A stretch of 64,000 nucleotides of DNA from Octopus sinensis. Taxonomy: Eukaryota. The notes beneath the pieces are model-generated. The model was not told the origin of the DNA. It saw only the letters and a list, made by a program, of their open reading frames with translations, and ran no database searches. The DNA lies in the NCBI RefSeq assembly GCF_006345805.1, contig NC_043002.1, forward strand, positions 117,366,001 through 117,430,000, written 5' to 3'. A program made the translations under genes and the position numbers. Shown piece by piece: positions 14,201 through 28,597 of this stretch (positions within the stretch are counted from its first letter, which is position 1; every line of letters starts with the position of its first letter).

Positions 14201-17016
14201 CCTGTTTTCATGCTTGTAATTGCCTTAACTACTAAGGAACTGTCAACTCGAATTGCTGGTCCCTCTGTTGGGTCAACATTCGGCAGACTCTCTTTATCCC
14301 ATTCATTTTCCTCATTCAGCAACCTTTCATAGTGGCGTCTCCAAACCTCTCTCTTTGCATCCTCATTTAGCACAAGTGAACCATCATCCATGTGAACACA
14401 TTTCTCTCCTACCACGTCACGATTCTCTCTCACATACTGTCTTGCAACACGAAATACCTCAAGTCTTTGGTCCTCATGGCGCAGAACATTGGCAAATTTT
14501 TTCTTATCTGCTTCCCCTCTGGCTAAATAAACCAGCCTCCTAGCTTCCCTTCTGTCAGTTTGATACACTTCCCTGCTACCACCCTTCTTCCAGTCCTTCC
14601 AAGCCTGTTTCTTTTGTCTAATAGCCTTGTCAACCACATTGTTCCACCACCATGTTATTTTGGGTCAGTGGGGGGGGGGCACTTTGCACCATCCACAGAT
14701 CTGGTTGGTGGCCCTTATCAGGTTGTCCTGTAGGAACCTCTAGTTGTCTTCTATCCCATGTGAAGCTATATCCCCTTCTATTTCGTCAAAGGTGTCAAGT
14801 AATATGTCTCTAAATCTCTGTCCATTTGCAGGATCTTTAAGTCTCCAGACCCTTCTTCTCCTTGCTGGTCATCTTCTAGGCATCCATTTAGCCCAGATCC
14901 TGAAGTCACTAACTACTAGTCTATGTTGTGGGGTACATTCTTCACCTGGGAAGGTTTTGGCATTTATAAGCAGCCATCTTTCCCTTTTTCTAGTGTCAGA
15001 TAGGTGACTAGGTGGCTGGCAGGTTTTCTGAAGTTAGAATTACAAACCATAAGATCATTTGCGTCACAGAACTCCAGCAGCCTGGTTCCCTCCTCATTGC
15101 GAGAGCCAAAACCGTAGCCTCCATGTATGCCAGGGAAGCCCCCCGACATGTTGTCCAACAGGTCCATTGAAGTTGCCAACCACAAAGAGAAGGTCCCTGT
15201 CATTCGTCAACGCGGTAGTCTGCAAGAGGGTGTCATAGAATCGGTCTTTCTGTCCATCGGGTAGCCCTGGCTGAGGGGCATAGGCCAAGATAATGGTTGC
15301 TAACCCATGATAGAGCACTAATCTAATCTTAAGTATTCTGTCGCATACTCTGACTACCTCAATTACCTTATCTACCCATTTCTCCGCAAGAAGTATACCC
15401 ATACCCCCAACCCCGTCAGTGTTCCCTGCCCAGAAAATCTTGTACCTGTGTTCTTTGCCTGTGAGGAACCTAGCGGAACCTCCTCTCCACCTTACTTCTT
15501 GGATGCAGCACATATCGACACATCTCCGTTCAAGCATCTCAACAATCTCACCAGACCTACTTTTCAGTGTGCCGACGTTGAGAGTGCCAACCCTGAGAAT
15601 GCAGGAGGTATGGGCCCTAGAGACCCTGGGACGGGGGACAGTGGAGTCATGTACCTGAAAAGAGAGCTCACATTTGGCAGAATTCATAAGCAAACAATGA
15701 TCTTAAGTTCAACCTGCTTACACTACACTATCATGTTTTGCACTGTATGATCACTACCTTATATAGTAGGGGTGGGGTTGGCGTAAGGCCTTTAGGTGTT
15801 CATGGGAGACAAGCAAAGGAAGACAAGATAGGGACTTCCGGTACAGGTGGAGGGGGTGGGAGGGCTGGCATACCGCCACGAACTGGCAACCATGGGCTAG
15901 GAATTAAGACAGAAAAAGCCGGTAGATAGATTGATAGGCATTTAGTGTAGGAATTAAATAGACAGAGTGAAGGCCGATAGATGAACCAGTGGGTGGGGGG
16001 TCAGTTCATGCGGGAGGAATGGTTCCGGGATTTGGCGAAAGACAAGATTAGAGATGAAAGACTGTGTGATCGTGTGATAAATTTTCATGAGTGAAAGAAT
16101 ATGTTGCAAATTAAGGAAATGCGTGAGATATTTATATACATATATATATAGATATATTTATACATACATACATACACATATACAGAAAGAGACAGACAGA
16201 CGGACAGAAAAAATGTGTAATGGACCTATTATCTAGCTTCCAGAAATCTGGGACTACTGTGCAATAATAATATGTAATATATTGTATGTGGCTTTTGAGT
16301 AAACTAGCCCTTTTATGAAGTTGGTCAATTTGCATACAATGAGTTTTGTCCTTTGTTTTTTTAAAGTGAACTTTCAAACAAATATTCTGTTTTAGAAGTG
16401 TATTAATTTGAATCTGTTAAATATAATTTAGCACTTTATTTTCATTAATTCATTTTATATTTTAAGTATGTATTTATACTGTCTCCAGAAAACTGGTAAA
16501 TCCAGAAATTTGCTCTAATCAGCAGAAAGTTACAATAGTGACTGAAGGGCTGAGAGTTTTGTGCCTGACACGTTGACTTCAAATCTCAGATTGTTTCTTA
16601 TATAGAGGGAATTACAGTTCTTTCTAGAATGTTCGATTAAAAAATTAATATTGGGGAGTCGCATGAAAATTGTGAATTTTCAAGTAGTCTCCTTGTTAAA
16701 CAGAGTAGTCTTGAAAGTAGATAATACTGTAGTGAAAAAGAAAGAGAGAGAAAAACACTGCTACATTCATATACCCATAAACATCCACTCAGACACATAC
16801 CTATATTTATATATATAAAATCACATACATCCACACACACTGTGACATTCAGGTTTATAGGTTTATATAAGCATCAAGCATTTATATATTAACATGTATA
16901 CGCTCAAGTATTACATTATCAGATCCTATAAACACACACATTCAAACAAATAGATATACATATCTTTCTCTCTCTCTCTCTCTTGCATGTGCGTGTGTGC
17001 ATATGTATGTATCTAT

Positions 17017-17085
<69 letters not shown>

Positions 17086-17114
17086 ATTTATATATGTATC
17101 ATGATATATATATG

Positions 17115-17147
<33 letters not shown>

Positions 17148-17452
17148 ATATATGTGTGTGTGTGTATATATATTGTGTGTGTGTGTGTATATATATATGT
17201 GTGTGTGTGTGTATATATATATATATGTGTGTGTGTATATGTATATATATATTACAGAGATGTAATAGCAAGTGACCTGATCTGAGATCGTGTGCTGGAA
17301 CGAAAACAATTGCAGCATGGAAGGTGTTTATAAGCCATTTAAGAAACACACAAAACCGTTAGATTCACTTCAACGTTTTAATTAATGGTTTTTGTGTGTT
17401 TCTTAAATGGCTTATAAACACCTTCCATGCTGCAATTGTTTATATATATATA

Positions 17453-17497
<45 letters not shown>

Positions 17498-19412
17498 CAA
17501 GCGCTACTTGAAAATGAGTGCCATCATCATGGAAGCAGTGTCTCCTGTGTTTCCAGTCTTTGAAAGCATAGCTGACCCCCAGGAAATATTACTTCGCTTG
17601 GGAATAGATAAAGGTTGGTGACAGAAAGGGCATCTGATCCTAAAATTCAACCTTGGGATTCCATCTGGCCCATGCAAGCATGGAGACCAGTAATATAATG
17701 GTGGTGATATATTTGTGTACAAATAAATATATGTATATACATGTGTGTGCATGTGTTCATAGATGCATAGATAGATATGTACATTTGCTCCTTCAGCAAT
17801 GCATAGTGCTGCCTCTAGTTGTAAATGAAGTTAGATCTAAATGAATTGACGTGTGTGCTTTGCTGCATGAGTACTCATAAATATCTGAATTTCCTTCCAA
17901 ATATGTGAATGAATTTATATTTGAATGTGTGATTTTGCTGTTAACATTTAATATAAAAATCTTATATTTCTTGTACAAGCTAGTATTGTAAGTAGTCTCT
18001 TTTTGCTGCTGTTTTCACCTTTCTTTTTGTTTATTTCATCCGAATTCCTAACTGAATCAAGACCCCCTCTCTTTATCTTATCTAAAGGACTCCCTCTGTT
18101 TTCAATAATTCTACTTTCCTTCATTAAGCATTTATCCTTAATATAGCATCAATTATTTTTATTTCCCTATTTTATTCTTTCATTTCTCTTATATTTCAAA
18201 TTTCTGCATTTATATTTTCATCACTTTATTTTGGTGCTTATTCTATAAACTTAATCAAATACTCTCCTATTTTGCACTCTGTAACTATTGTCTTCTCCAT
18301 TCACCAAGATTGTTAATTGAATGAGCACACGGTGGTTGTATTTCTTTTTAAATGAGTATTAATACCTATTTTGATACTTCTATGTAATCTTGGTAAATTC
18401 TTGTCTCTGTTAAAAGCTTTGAATTTTATATTTAATTTCCCTTATTTAAAAAAGATGATATTGATTATTTCTTCACCCAGGTTACTTGGCTAACTGTTAG
18501 AATTGATTTCATTTTTGTTCCATCCATTCGACTCCCTCACCATTAGTCTTCTTCTCTACAGCGAATGCACACACATTCTCAGTATTGATCAGTTTTCAAT
18601 ATTTTACTGCCTTTGTTATATTGTACCAAGTGTTGGGCAGCTGTTGAAAATAGAAGCCAGTCAAATGTAGGTGGTGATAACATGAGTAGTAGTAACAGTA
18701 GTAGTAGTAGTTCATTATAAACTTAGGTAGCATCTTTCGAAGGATATTTTCTATGTTTATTAAAATTAAGCTTTCAGTCATATAAAATATACACTCCTCC
18801 TATGATGGTGTCCGTTATGCAATGTCATCACTTAAAAGTATTATAATAGCTTGAATGTAGTATTTTTAACTTCAGTCTGGTCATAATATCTAACCAGGTG
18901 TTAATAAACGTTTACCTATCTGGTCACTGTATTTTCTGTGTTGCAACAAAGGCTTAAACCACTTATAATCTAAAAAAAAAAAAAGGGACAGAGCACTTGA
19001 AGATGGTTGAAGACTATAACCATGAAAAGAGTCTATTTAGATCACTACCTTCTTGGTCATTTATATTCTCTATACTTGATAGTAGAATATTTCATTTACA
19101 AGATCCTTGACATGAATTCATGAGTTAAAACATATTTTGTTATATCTTGGGAGGGTCGTTATGCCAATAATAAACATGTTCACTGGTTCAGGTTCATTTC
19201 TTTATTCATTATTTGTCATTTGGCTAACTATTTAACCTATTATTTAACTGTTTGATTAATTATTCAGTTAATCAATAAGTTGTGTTAAACAAAGTCCCTC
19301 CATTGCCACTTGCAACCTCGTCAATGATACAGCCTCTCTACTCCAAGTCTGCTTCATGTCTTTGTGCCTTTTAGTTATGTAGTTGTATGGGTGTGAGTGA
19401 GAATATAGAGGA

Positions 19413-19454
<42 letters not shown>

Positions 19455-22400
19455 TCTGGTGAGTGTTACTGACACTTAAAAATTTCTCTAAAAATGTAGA
19501 CCACCACTGCCACTACATGAGTGTGTTAAACATACATCTGTGTGCATTATGCATTTGTGGGGGTAGGTAGGGTGGAGTTGATCAATACCCAAACTTATTT
19601 CTTTGAGTTATTGGAATAAAAGACGAAGTGTCATTCAATTGTAATTCGATCCATACCTTCCCACAAACAAGTAACACAGCTGGGCAGTACACGCACACAC
19701 ACACACACTGACACCTACATACACACAGTCCAATCAAAATGACAGAAGCACTAATCACAAAATAAATAAAGGGATAAAGAAATAAACATTTTACGATCCA
19801 CACCCTTCACGAAATCCACTACACACACACACACACACTCTCTCTCTCTCCCCCTTTCCCTCATGTTCTTTATACCTATACAGTTACATAAATATAGAAA
19901 CTATAAACTAAGAAACAGACAGGCTTGAAGCAGACCTGGAAGTAGAGAGGGCATGTTATTGATGAGGTTGACAAACCTAACTGATTAACTAAATGATTAA
20001 TCAAGCAATTGACAAATAATAAATAAATGAAACTGAACCAGTGTATGCATTTATTATTGGCAAAATGATATTCCTGAAGTACAACTGAATATCTATATAT
20101 TTATAAATACTGATCATGCTATTGCAACCACACCAAAGATTTCTGTTCCATTACCGTATGCAATTATAATTCTTTGTGCTATTGTTTGCAAATCATAATT
20201 TTAGTTCAGCTGCTTCAATCTTTATCTTCATTTACTACACTAACATGTCAATCTCTTTGATTGAGATTTTAGCATTCAGATTAAAATGTATTATAATTCT
20301 TGTTTATTAACATTGTTTGATTAAATCAGTTATTATCTTGTACCTACAAGATTTTGATGATGTAATTGTATATATTTTGACTGACATTGTAAGGTAAGAA
20401 CCAATCTGGTTGGTTTGAACTTAAAACAGGTAGAATATTTTGGCTGGATTTGATTTGATCTTTGTTGCTAACATGAAAAATTGAAATTTTCTCTATAGAT
20501 TTTATTTATTCATTTAAATCATATATCAAGAAAGTTGCATAATAAATTCTGGACTATACTAAAAATATTATCCTTCTGAGAGACAAACCATCACTCACTC
20601 ACATGCTAATAGAAAAGTGTTTGGTCGCTTGATTTTGCTGACTCCACATTCACTTTACTTATATCCTACTTCCCAGATTCCCAGCTACATGCAGAAATTA
20701 AAACTGAACATAGACTGTGTAGAGGTCTCCATTCTGGGAAATCCTGCAAATTGCTAATATTGTTGATATATCAGCTATGTATTCCAATGTGTCACTTCAC
20801 CTGTTGTCAGAACTGCATGCTTTAGAAGAGATCTGGGCTCTACTGTACCATTCTAGACTATTACATGTTGGTGCAGGCTCGTGGTCAATTAAATTGACCC
20901 CAATACTAGCCTGTACTTTATTTTGTTGATCCTACAGAGATAGAATACAAAATTGATCTTGGTGGGATTTGAAATTAGAGCATGTAAATCCAGAACAAAT
21001 AGTGCAAAGCATTTTATTCAATTTTCTAATGCGTCTTCCAGTTCACTACATTGTGTCAGTATGAACATATGTGTGTGTATGTATGTATGAGTGTGTGTGT
21101 GTGTGTGTGTGTATACATATACACAGGGGTTTGACAAAATAGTGGGAACACCTTAAAATATCAAACAAACTTATTTTAACATGGAGTAGGACTGCCTTTG
21201 GCAGTAATTACAGTTTGAATTCTACAAGGTATGGACGTGTAGTGATGCTGCTGTGTAAGGTTCAGTGCACATGCGCAGAATGAGATTACTTCTGGTTGGC
21301 CACCGGAAGTCTTCCCCATGCGCATGTGCGGGGAACTGACCCCTAAAACGCGGTTCGCTCATTCACTCTTTTTGGCCCTAGCAGCCCTCGTGAACGGACG
21401 TGTATTGGCAGTCTCTGAGGACTTCACACCAACCAAGCAGCGAACCACAACGAATCATTTCGACCAACAAACAAGAATCAGTACTACAGATTCGGCTGTC
21501 GGTTTCCCTCCAGAGAACACGTGCACCAGTCCTACATTACGACGAGAAAAACACAACATTTTTTGCTGTGTTCGTAGATCGCCTGACTTGTCTGTTATTT
21601 TAACTAAAATTGAATGTGATGGGATCAGAATGTGATGGCTGCATTAGGTTTGCCTTTATTCACAGGGGATGCGGGTCTGTGGTTTGCCCAGGTGGAGTTG
21701 CATTTTGACGCACATGCCGTTCCTCCACAGCAGCAGTTGCATCTGCTCTATTCGAGTTTGCATCCCCGACTCGCCACATCGGTCAGGGATCTCATAATGA
21801 GTCCCCACCCTGACGCCACATACACGTCAGTAAAAGCCGAAATCCTCCGCCACAACACGCGGTTGGAGGAGAGTAAATTTAATGAGCTGATGGCCGATGA
21901 ACAGTTGGGGTACAGGACTCCCTCCCAGTTCCTGCGCCACCTAAGGGAGCTGAGCAGAAATGCAGCAGACGCACCACTCTTGCGGAAGATTTTCTTCTCC
22001 AGGTTGCCTGCCCACGTGCAGACAATGTTGGCCACGGCAGTGGAGTCTGTTTCAATAGAAAAGATTGCCACGATGGCCGATAAAATATTAGAATTTTCGG
22101 GGCCATCTCCATCGCGAGGCCTGTGCGCATGTACAGAGCCCCCTCCGACAGTTTCTCCAACGCAAAGTTCTTTAACCGAGAGGATCGATGCGCTTACACA
22201 GCGAATCGATGATCTGTGCCGTGCGATCCGCCGCCGACCACTCAGTCGTAGTCGCAGTGGCTCTGTCTCGTTCCGGCTGGCACCATTCAAAGTATGCCGA
22301 CAACGCAGAACGGTGTACCCAGCCGTGCACTTTCAGCCCTCGGGAAACTAAATCTGGAAGAGGTGAGCACGGTACCTTCTTCCTTTTCGTTTCCCAAAAA

Positions 22401-25400
22401 TCGTGCGTTCTTTGTAAAAGATCTGGTGTCGAAGAAATTCTTCATGGTAGACACCAGCTCTTGTTGCAGCATCGGGCCCCTTCGTCTGACTGCAGACAAG
22501 CCCAAGCGCTCTTCAATTGTCTTGCATGCCATTGACTCGTCTCCTATATCCACCTTCGGTCAGATTTCGCTGCGCCTCGACATCAATCTTCGTCGAGATT
22601 TTCAATGGGTTTTCGTCATCGCTGACATCCCCCATCCTATTCTTGGCGCTGATTTCTTGGATAAGTTTAATCTATTGGTGGATGTCAGGCGTCAGAGGCT
22701 TCTTGACAGCATGACGTCGCTCTCTACGCCGACTGGGAGTTCCACCAATGCGGCCCTTAGCCCGACATTCTTTGTTGCCACCTCTGGAGACACTTTTCAT
22801 TCTCTTTTGGCTTCATTTCTGGAGCTAGTGGACATTGCCTTTCAACCGGAAAAGCCTACCCACTCGACCCTTCATTTTATCACCACCACTGGGCTGCCTG
22901 TTTCTTCGCGCCCACGGCGCCTTGCGCCTGACTGTCTAAAAGCGGCTAGGGCCGAGTTTGAGCACATGCTCCAACTTGGCCTTATACGCCCCTCCACCAG
23001 CTCATGGGCGTCTCCCCTTTATTTGGCGCGAAAGGGTGAGTCTGATTTTCGCCCGGTAGGAGACTATCGACGCCTCAATGCTGTAACAATAGCCGACCGG
23101 TATCCAATCAGAAATCTGCAGGATTTTATGGCAAATCTCCATGGTTGTACCATTTTTTCGAAGGTCGACCTTATATGCGCGTACCATCAAATACCGGTCA
23201 ACCCAGCTGACGTTCCGAAAACTGCAATCACTACCCCCTTTGGGTATTTTGAGTTTTTGTATATGAGTTTCGGTTTGCGGAATGCTACCAGCACTTTCCA
23301 GCGCTTCATTGATGAGGTTGTCCGCGGTCTTGATTTTGTGTTTGCCTATGTCGATGATATACTCATTGCGAGTGACACACGTGAAAATCATCTCCAGCAC
23401 CTTTCTCAGCTTTTTCAGCGTCTTCGGGCTTATAGTATACGTATAAATCCCGACAAGTGTGTTTTCGGACGCTCTTCTTTAGATTTTCTAGGCCATCATA
23501 TTGATTTGAGTGGAATCAGGCATCTGTCGTCAAAGGTCGATGCCATTCAACGCATCGCATCTCCCACTTCCTTGCGCCAGCTCAGGCATTATCTAGGGAT
23601 GATCAGTTTCTACAGACGTTTTATTCCCGGTTGTGCAGATAAGCTACTTCCTCTCACCAGGCTATTAAAGGACACTCCTAGAAAGGACGGTCAAGTCACC
23701 CTCTCTGTTGAGGCACTGACAGCCTTTGAGTCCATTAAGAAGGAGCTGGCTTCTGTTTCTTTGCTTGTACATCCGGTTCCTGGTGCTTCTCTCTCTTTGA
23801 CTGTAGACGCATTGGACACTGCGATTGGCGCTGTGTTACAACACACAGTGGATTATCATACTTGACCTCTGGCTTTCTTTTCCCGCCAACTGCAACCAGC
23901 TGAACGACGATACAGCACTTTTGATCGTGAGCTCCTAGGTTCGTCATTTCCAGCATCAACTTGAAGGGCGAGATTTTGTGATCTATATGGATCACAAGCC
24001 CCTTACGTTTGCCCTGTGTTCAAAAACGGACAAACTCTTGCCTCGTGCTTTGCAGCACCTGGATTTTATCTCTCAATTCACTAGTAACATTCGACACATA
24101 ACTGGAAAAGAGAACGTTCCTGCTGACGCTCTCTCTCGCCTTCCAGTCTGCGCCCTTTCGTCTCCTGCTGCTATCGACTTAACTGCCTTCTCGCAGGAGC
24201 AGCCACCTTTGGCGTCGTTAGACTTAACTTCACCCAAGTTCTCCTGTTGCCAGTTTTCCTACCTTCCGCTTCCATCAGCCGAAGGCACCATTCTTTGTGA
24301 TACTTCCACTGGTTCTCCCAGACCACTCGTGCCTGAGAATCATCAACGCTCAGTGTTTGAAGCACTGCACTCCTTGTCACATCCTGGCATCGCTGCCACC
24401 CTTAAGCTGATCACTGCTCGGTTTTTCTGGCCGAATATGCGTCCCACTATTACTTCTTGGACACGCACCTGCTCCAAGTGTCAACGGTCCAAGATTCAAC
24501 GGCACGTTTGTGCCCTGCTTGGACATTTTCTCCCTACGGAGGCCCGTTTTCGCCATGTCCACATCGATCTGGTTGGTCCATGGCCTGTGAGTCGCGGGTT
24601 TTCTTATCTGTTAACTTGTGTCGATCGTTTCTCCCGCTGGCCAGAAGCCATTCTGATAGCAGACATTTCTGCTGAGACTATTGCGCAAGCCTTCGTTTCG
24701 AACTGGATTTCCCGTTTCGGAGTTCCGTCCAGATTGACTACTGATCGTGGACGTCAGTTTGAAGCTTCGCTATTTTGTGAATTGTCACACATTTTAGGTG
24801 TGCATCATATTCACACTACCAGTTATCATCCGGCGTCTGATGGATTAGTTGAACGGTTCCATAGACAGCTCAAGGCCGCTCTTCGTGCCTCTTCAGATCC
24901 ACAGTTTTGGACTGAATTTCTGCCATTTGTGCTTCTTGGTTGTCGCACTGCTGTCAAGGCAGACCTGGGGTTTTCTGCAGTGCTACTGTATGGTACCACA
25001 CTGGCATTGTCTGGTACGATGTTGGTGCCAGACACTTCCCAGCCCCATGATCCGGCGACCTATGTTGCCAGACTGCGTTCCTATTTTTCAAATCTTCCGC
25101 CCATGGTTCTCAGGAAACAATCTCCACCATCCCATCTCCCACCGGATATGGACACTTGGTCGCATGTTTTTGTTCGGGACGACTCTGTCAAGGGACCACT
25201 TGTTTCTCCTTATAAAGGACCTTTCCATGTGCTTTCTCGCACACCTAAGGTTTTCACCATTGAAATGAATGGTCATACGTGGACCGACTGAGAAAAGCAT
25301 ATTTTGAGGCGTCTTCATCTCTTGATGACACCGTTGCCACACACACCTATGAACCTTTAACAACACTTTCATCTGCACAGACACCATTGCCTTCACCGGC

Positions 25401-28400
25401 TCCCACAACACCACCTTCGCCGTCAACGGGTGCCCCGAGCACACCGTATATCACAAGATCAGGCAGAACAGTACATTGGCCCAAGAAACTCTCAAAGACA
25501 ATTTACATTTGACTTTCTTTCTTTTAAATTTCTTGTTTTTGTGTCATATTGTGTAACAAATCTTCTGGGGGATCGGCAGCCATCTGTTTTCTGCAGCCAC
25601 TACAATTTTCTTGTTTCGTACTTCCGCACTCGAGGGGGAGCCATGTAGTGAAACTGCTGTGTAAGGTTCAGCGCACATGCGCAGAATGGGATTACTTCTG
25701 GTTGGCCACCGGAAGTCTTCCCCATGCGCATGTGCGGGGAACTGACCCCTAAAACGCGGTTCGCTCATTCACTCTTTTTGGCCCTAGCAGCCCTCGTGAA
25801 CGGACGTGTATCGACCAACAAACAAGAATCAGTACTACAGATTCGGCTGTCGGTTTCCCTCCAGAGAACACGTGCACCAGTCCTACATTACGACGAGAAA
25901 AACACAACATTTTTTGCTGTGTTCGTAGATCGCCTGATTGTCTGTTATTTTAACTAAAATTGAATGTGACGGGATCGGATCGGACACCCCTCCAGTGATA
26001 CCGAATCCAGATCCTGTTACAGATGCATACAAAGTCTGAATTGTTTCCAAAGGACTTTTTGTCCATTCTTCAGCTAAAACACTCTCCAGTTCTTGCAGTG
26101 ATGATGGTGGTGGATATCGACTCCTTACTTGTTTTTCTAAAATGCACCATAAATGTTCAATAATATTGAGATATGTGGACTGTGGTGGCCAGATAAGATG
26201 TTCAACTTTTCCTTCTAAAACCACTGACCTCTACAGACCACTAGGAGAATTTTGTTGAAAACTGCCACTGAAGAGTAAAAGTTTCCATCCAAGAAGTTGT
26301 TCATTGTGTCTTGAAGTATGTGACTCAAAGCTTCAAGATGTAAGTGGCACTTTGTCTCTTACTAGTAGTTAAGCATTGTGCAGAAGGCAAGTAGTTGCAT
26401 CATGAAGGGATATGGCATGTTCTAGATTTTACTGAAGAATGAAGCTTGAAGCAAGATGTTATGCAAATTGTGCTATGATTTGAGTGGCTTCCCTTGATAT
26501 AATGGGCATGCACATTTGATGATCAGAGAGGGGGCAGCCATTTTGAATAACATACATTGAATCAAGAATATTGTGGATAACATGATATGATGCTTTACTA
26601 TTTTGGACTATGACTGGAAATGAGTTTCTTTGAACCAGAAATTACTGGTCATCCATAACATACGAATAAGTAGTCTGTTCGAAATTCAATAGTGTAGCTA
26701 CAACACCTAATGAAACTACAGCAGGCCATTTTTACTTAGGACAGTAACAATTTAAGTTCAGCAGTAAAGTTTCACCCATTCTTCCTAGAGCATCAATAAC
26801 TATTAGGTTACCTTCGTTGTTGTCAATTTTTTGTTTTAATTGTCTCAGAGACAATATCTTTGTTATTGAGCATATGTGATCATTCTATTAGGCTTTAGCT
26901 GAAAGATTTAATTCATCTGGTTTGCTAAGTACATTTTGTTGTTGGTTTACAGCTGGAAAACCATAATAAACTGTTGAATGCTTATATTGAATCAACTGGT
27001 TGTTCAGTATGCACAGCATGTCATTAATGGCAGTTTCTATTGCATCTTCAATGGTCATTCTTTTCTGTAATGTGGAAAATTTTTGACTGTTGCAGAACAT
27101 GTATATATTTCAGAGGCTCAGATGGATAGCAGAAGCTGAAAGTTGTAAAGAAGAGATTTCTGAGCTGGTCTGCAGAATGAATTGTTGCAGTCTGATTTGT
27201 GCACTTACTCAACACTTGATAAGTGTTCTGTTCTTCTATGAATCCTAACTGTAGAACACATACAGAGATAAATATTGATGCTGAATTGTCTATAATTAGT
27301 CAGTTTATCCTATCACACACACTGACTACCTCTATTCACACTACAATGAAAAAACATTGCAATGAGAAGCTATTTTACACATTAGAATATCTATAGAGAA
27401 ATACTAGATGAAAGAGTAAGCGAAACAAAAGTGGTGCTTATCTTTTGCATAGCTTCTTTTCTATCTTAAGGAAGTAGAGTAGTCAGAATGGGATTGGTCC
27501 TAATATATATATGGATGTAAGAAAAGGGAGGGAGGTTGTTTTTAATATATGTAAGTGAGGATATTTAGAAGTATATAAGTGGTTGAGGAGGAGAGATTAG
27601 GAGTAACTTATAATCTGATGTTCGTGTGCATATTTAACATGCATCCATATAGCCAAGATAGGAGACATCTGGTGACAGGCAGCCTGGGGTTTGTTTTAAG
27701 CATGCGTGTGAGTTTGTGTGCATGTATGTATGAAACTGACATCACATTTTAACAGATGTATTAACCAAGATTACTTTAAAATATCTTGAAAATTAAAGAG
27801 TAAATTTATTCAATAAAATCACCATTGGCTTCAACCATGGCCTCCACACAATTTTGGAATCTCCTGCAACTCTTCTGGACAGTCTCCTTGTTTAAGTTGG
27901 TGAATGTTGCCACAATCCTTGCCTTCAGTTCATCTTCGGTGTTAGAAGGAGTTTTGTTGGTCTCTCACTCAACTACACCCCACACATGATAGTCAAGAGT
28001 GTTGCAGTTTGGGGAGCTAGGTGGCCAGATGTTAGGGGTGGTGTAATCGCAGAAATTGTCTAACAGCCATGACTAGGATCTCCTGTTTGTGTGGCATGAT
28101 GCAGAGTTCTGTTGCTAGACATAGGGTGTTCCAGCAGCCACTCTCTTGACCCAGGGCAGCACTGGATGTAGGCCTCCATGTTGAGTCTGAGGCTGTATGG
28201 GAAGATGGAGGCATAACATCACCATCACTAGCGAGCACTCCAAATGCCATGATGATATTTGGATGTTTGATTTTTATCACTCTTGGTACATGTCCTCAGA
28301 TTGACACCCAAACACTCTGAAATATTTGTATTGAAGCTTCCAGCACATATGCTAAGCAGTACAGCATGTCATTTCCAAATTTCTGGCAGATTGAATTGTG

Positions 28401-28549
28401 TCATGTTTTTTTCTCACAGACGGTGCCCAACTGACCCTATTATACTGTGTAGTCGACAGAATCAAAAACAAATAATGCACATGTACGAAATTAAAAATAT
28501 AAAATGGCAACAATTTACCCATCACACCCTGTGTGTGTGTGTGTGTGTG

Positions 28550-28597
<48 letters not shown>

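Larger units (their letters stand above)
21238..26021 (+). mobile_element. Ty3/Gypsy LTR retrotransposon, mildly decayed
   Basis: TG...CA termini with TSD GACG (21234-21237) / GATG (26022-26025). PPT GAGGGGGAG lies before the 3' LTR. Domain order is gag, PR-RT-RH-IN. Confidence 0.96.
21124..26225 (-). mobile_element. Tc1-like transposon 3' fragment split by the Gypsy insertion (21124-21237 + 26022-26225)
   Basis: TIR-like CAGGGGTTTGACAAAATAGTGGGAACACC. Joined across the insertion, the minus strand reads [15 protein letters not shown]...[26 protein letters not shown]. Confidence 0.85.

Noticed and set aside
21748-25035. Antisense ORFs over gag/pol (likewise over RTE and mariner ORFs)
   Set aside because: They are shadow frames of GC-richer coding DNA with no recognisable domains.
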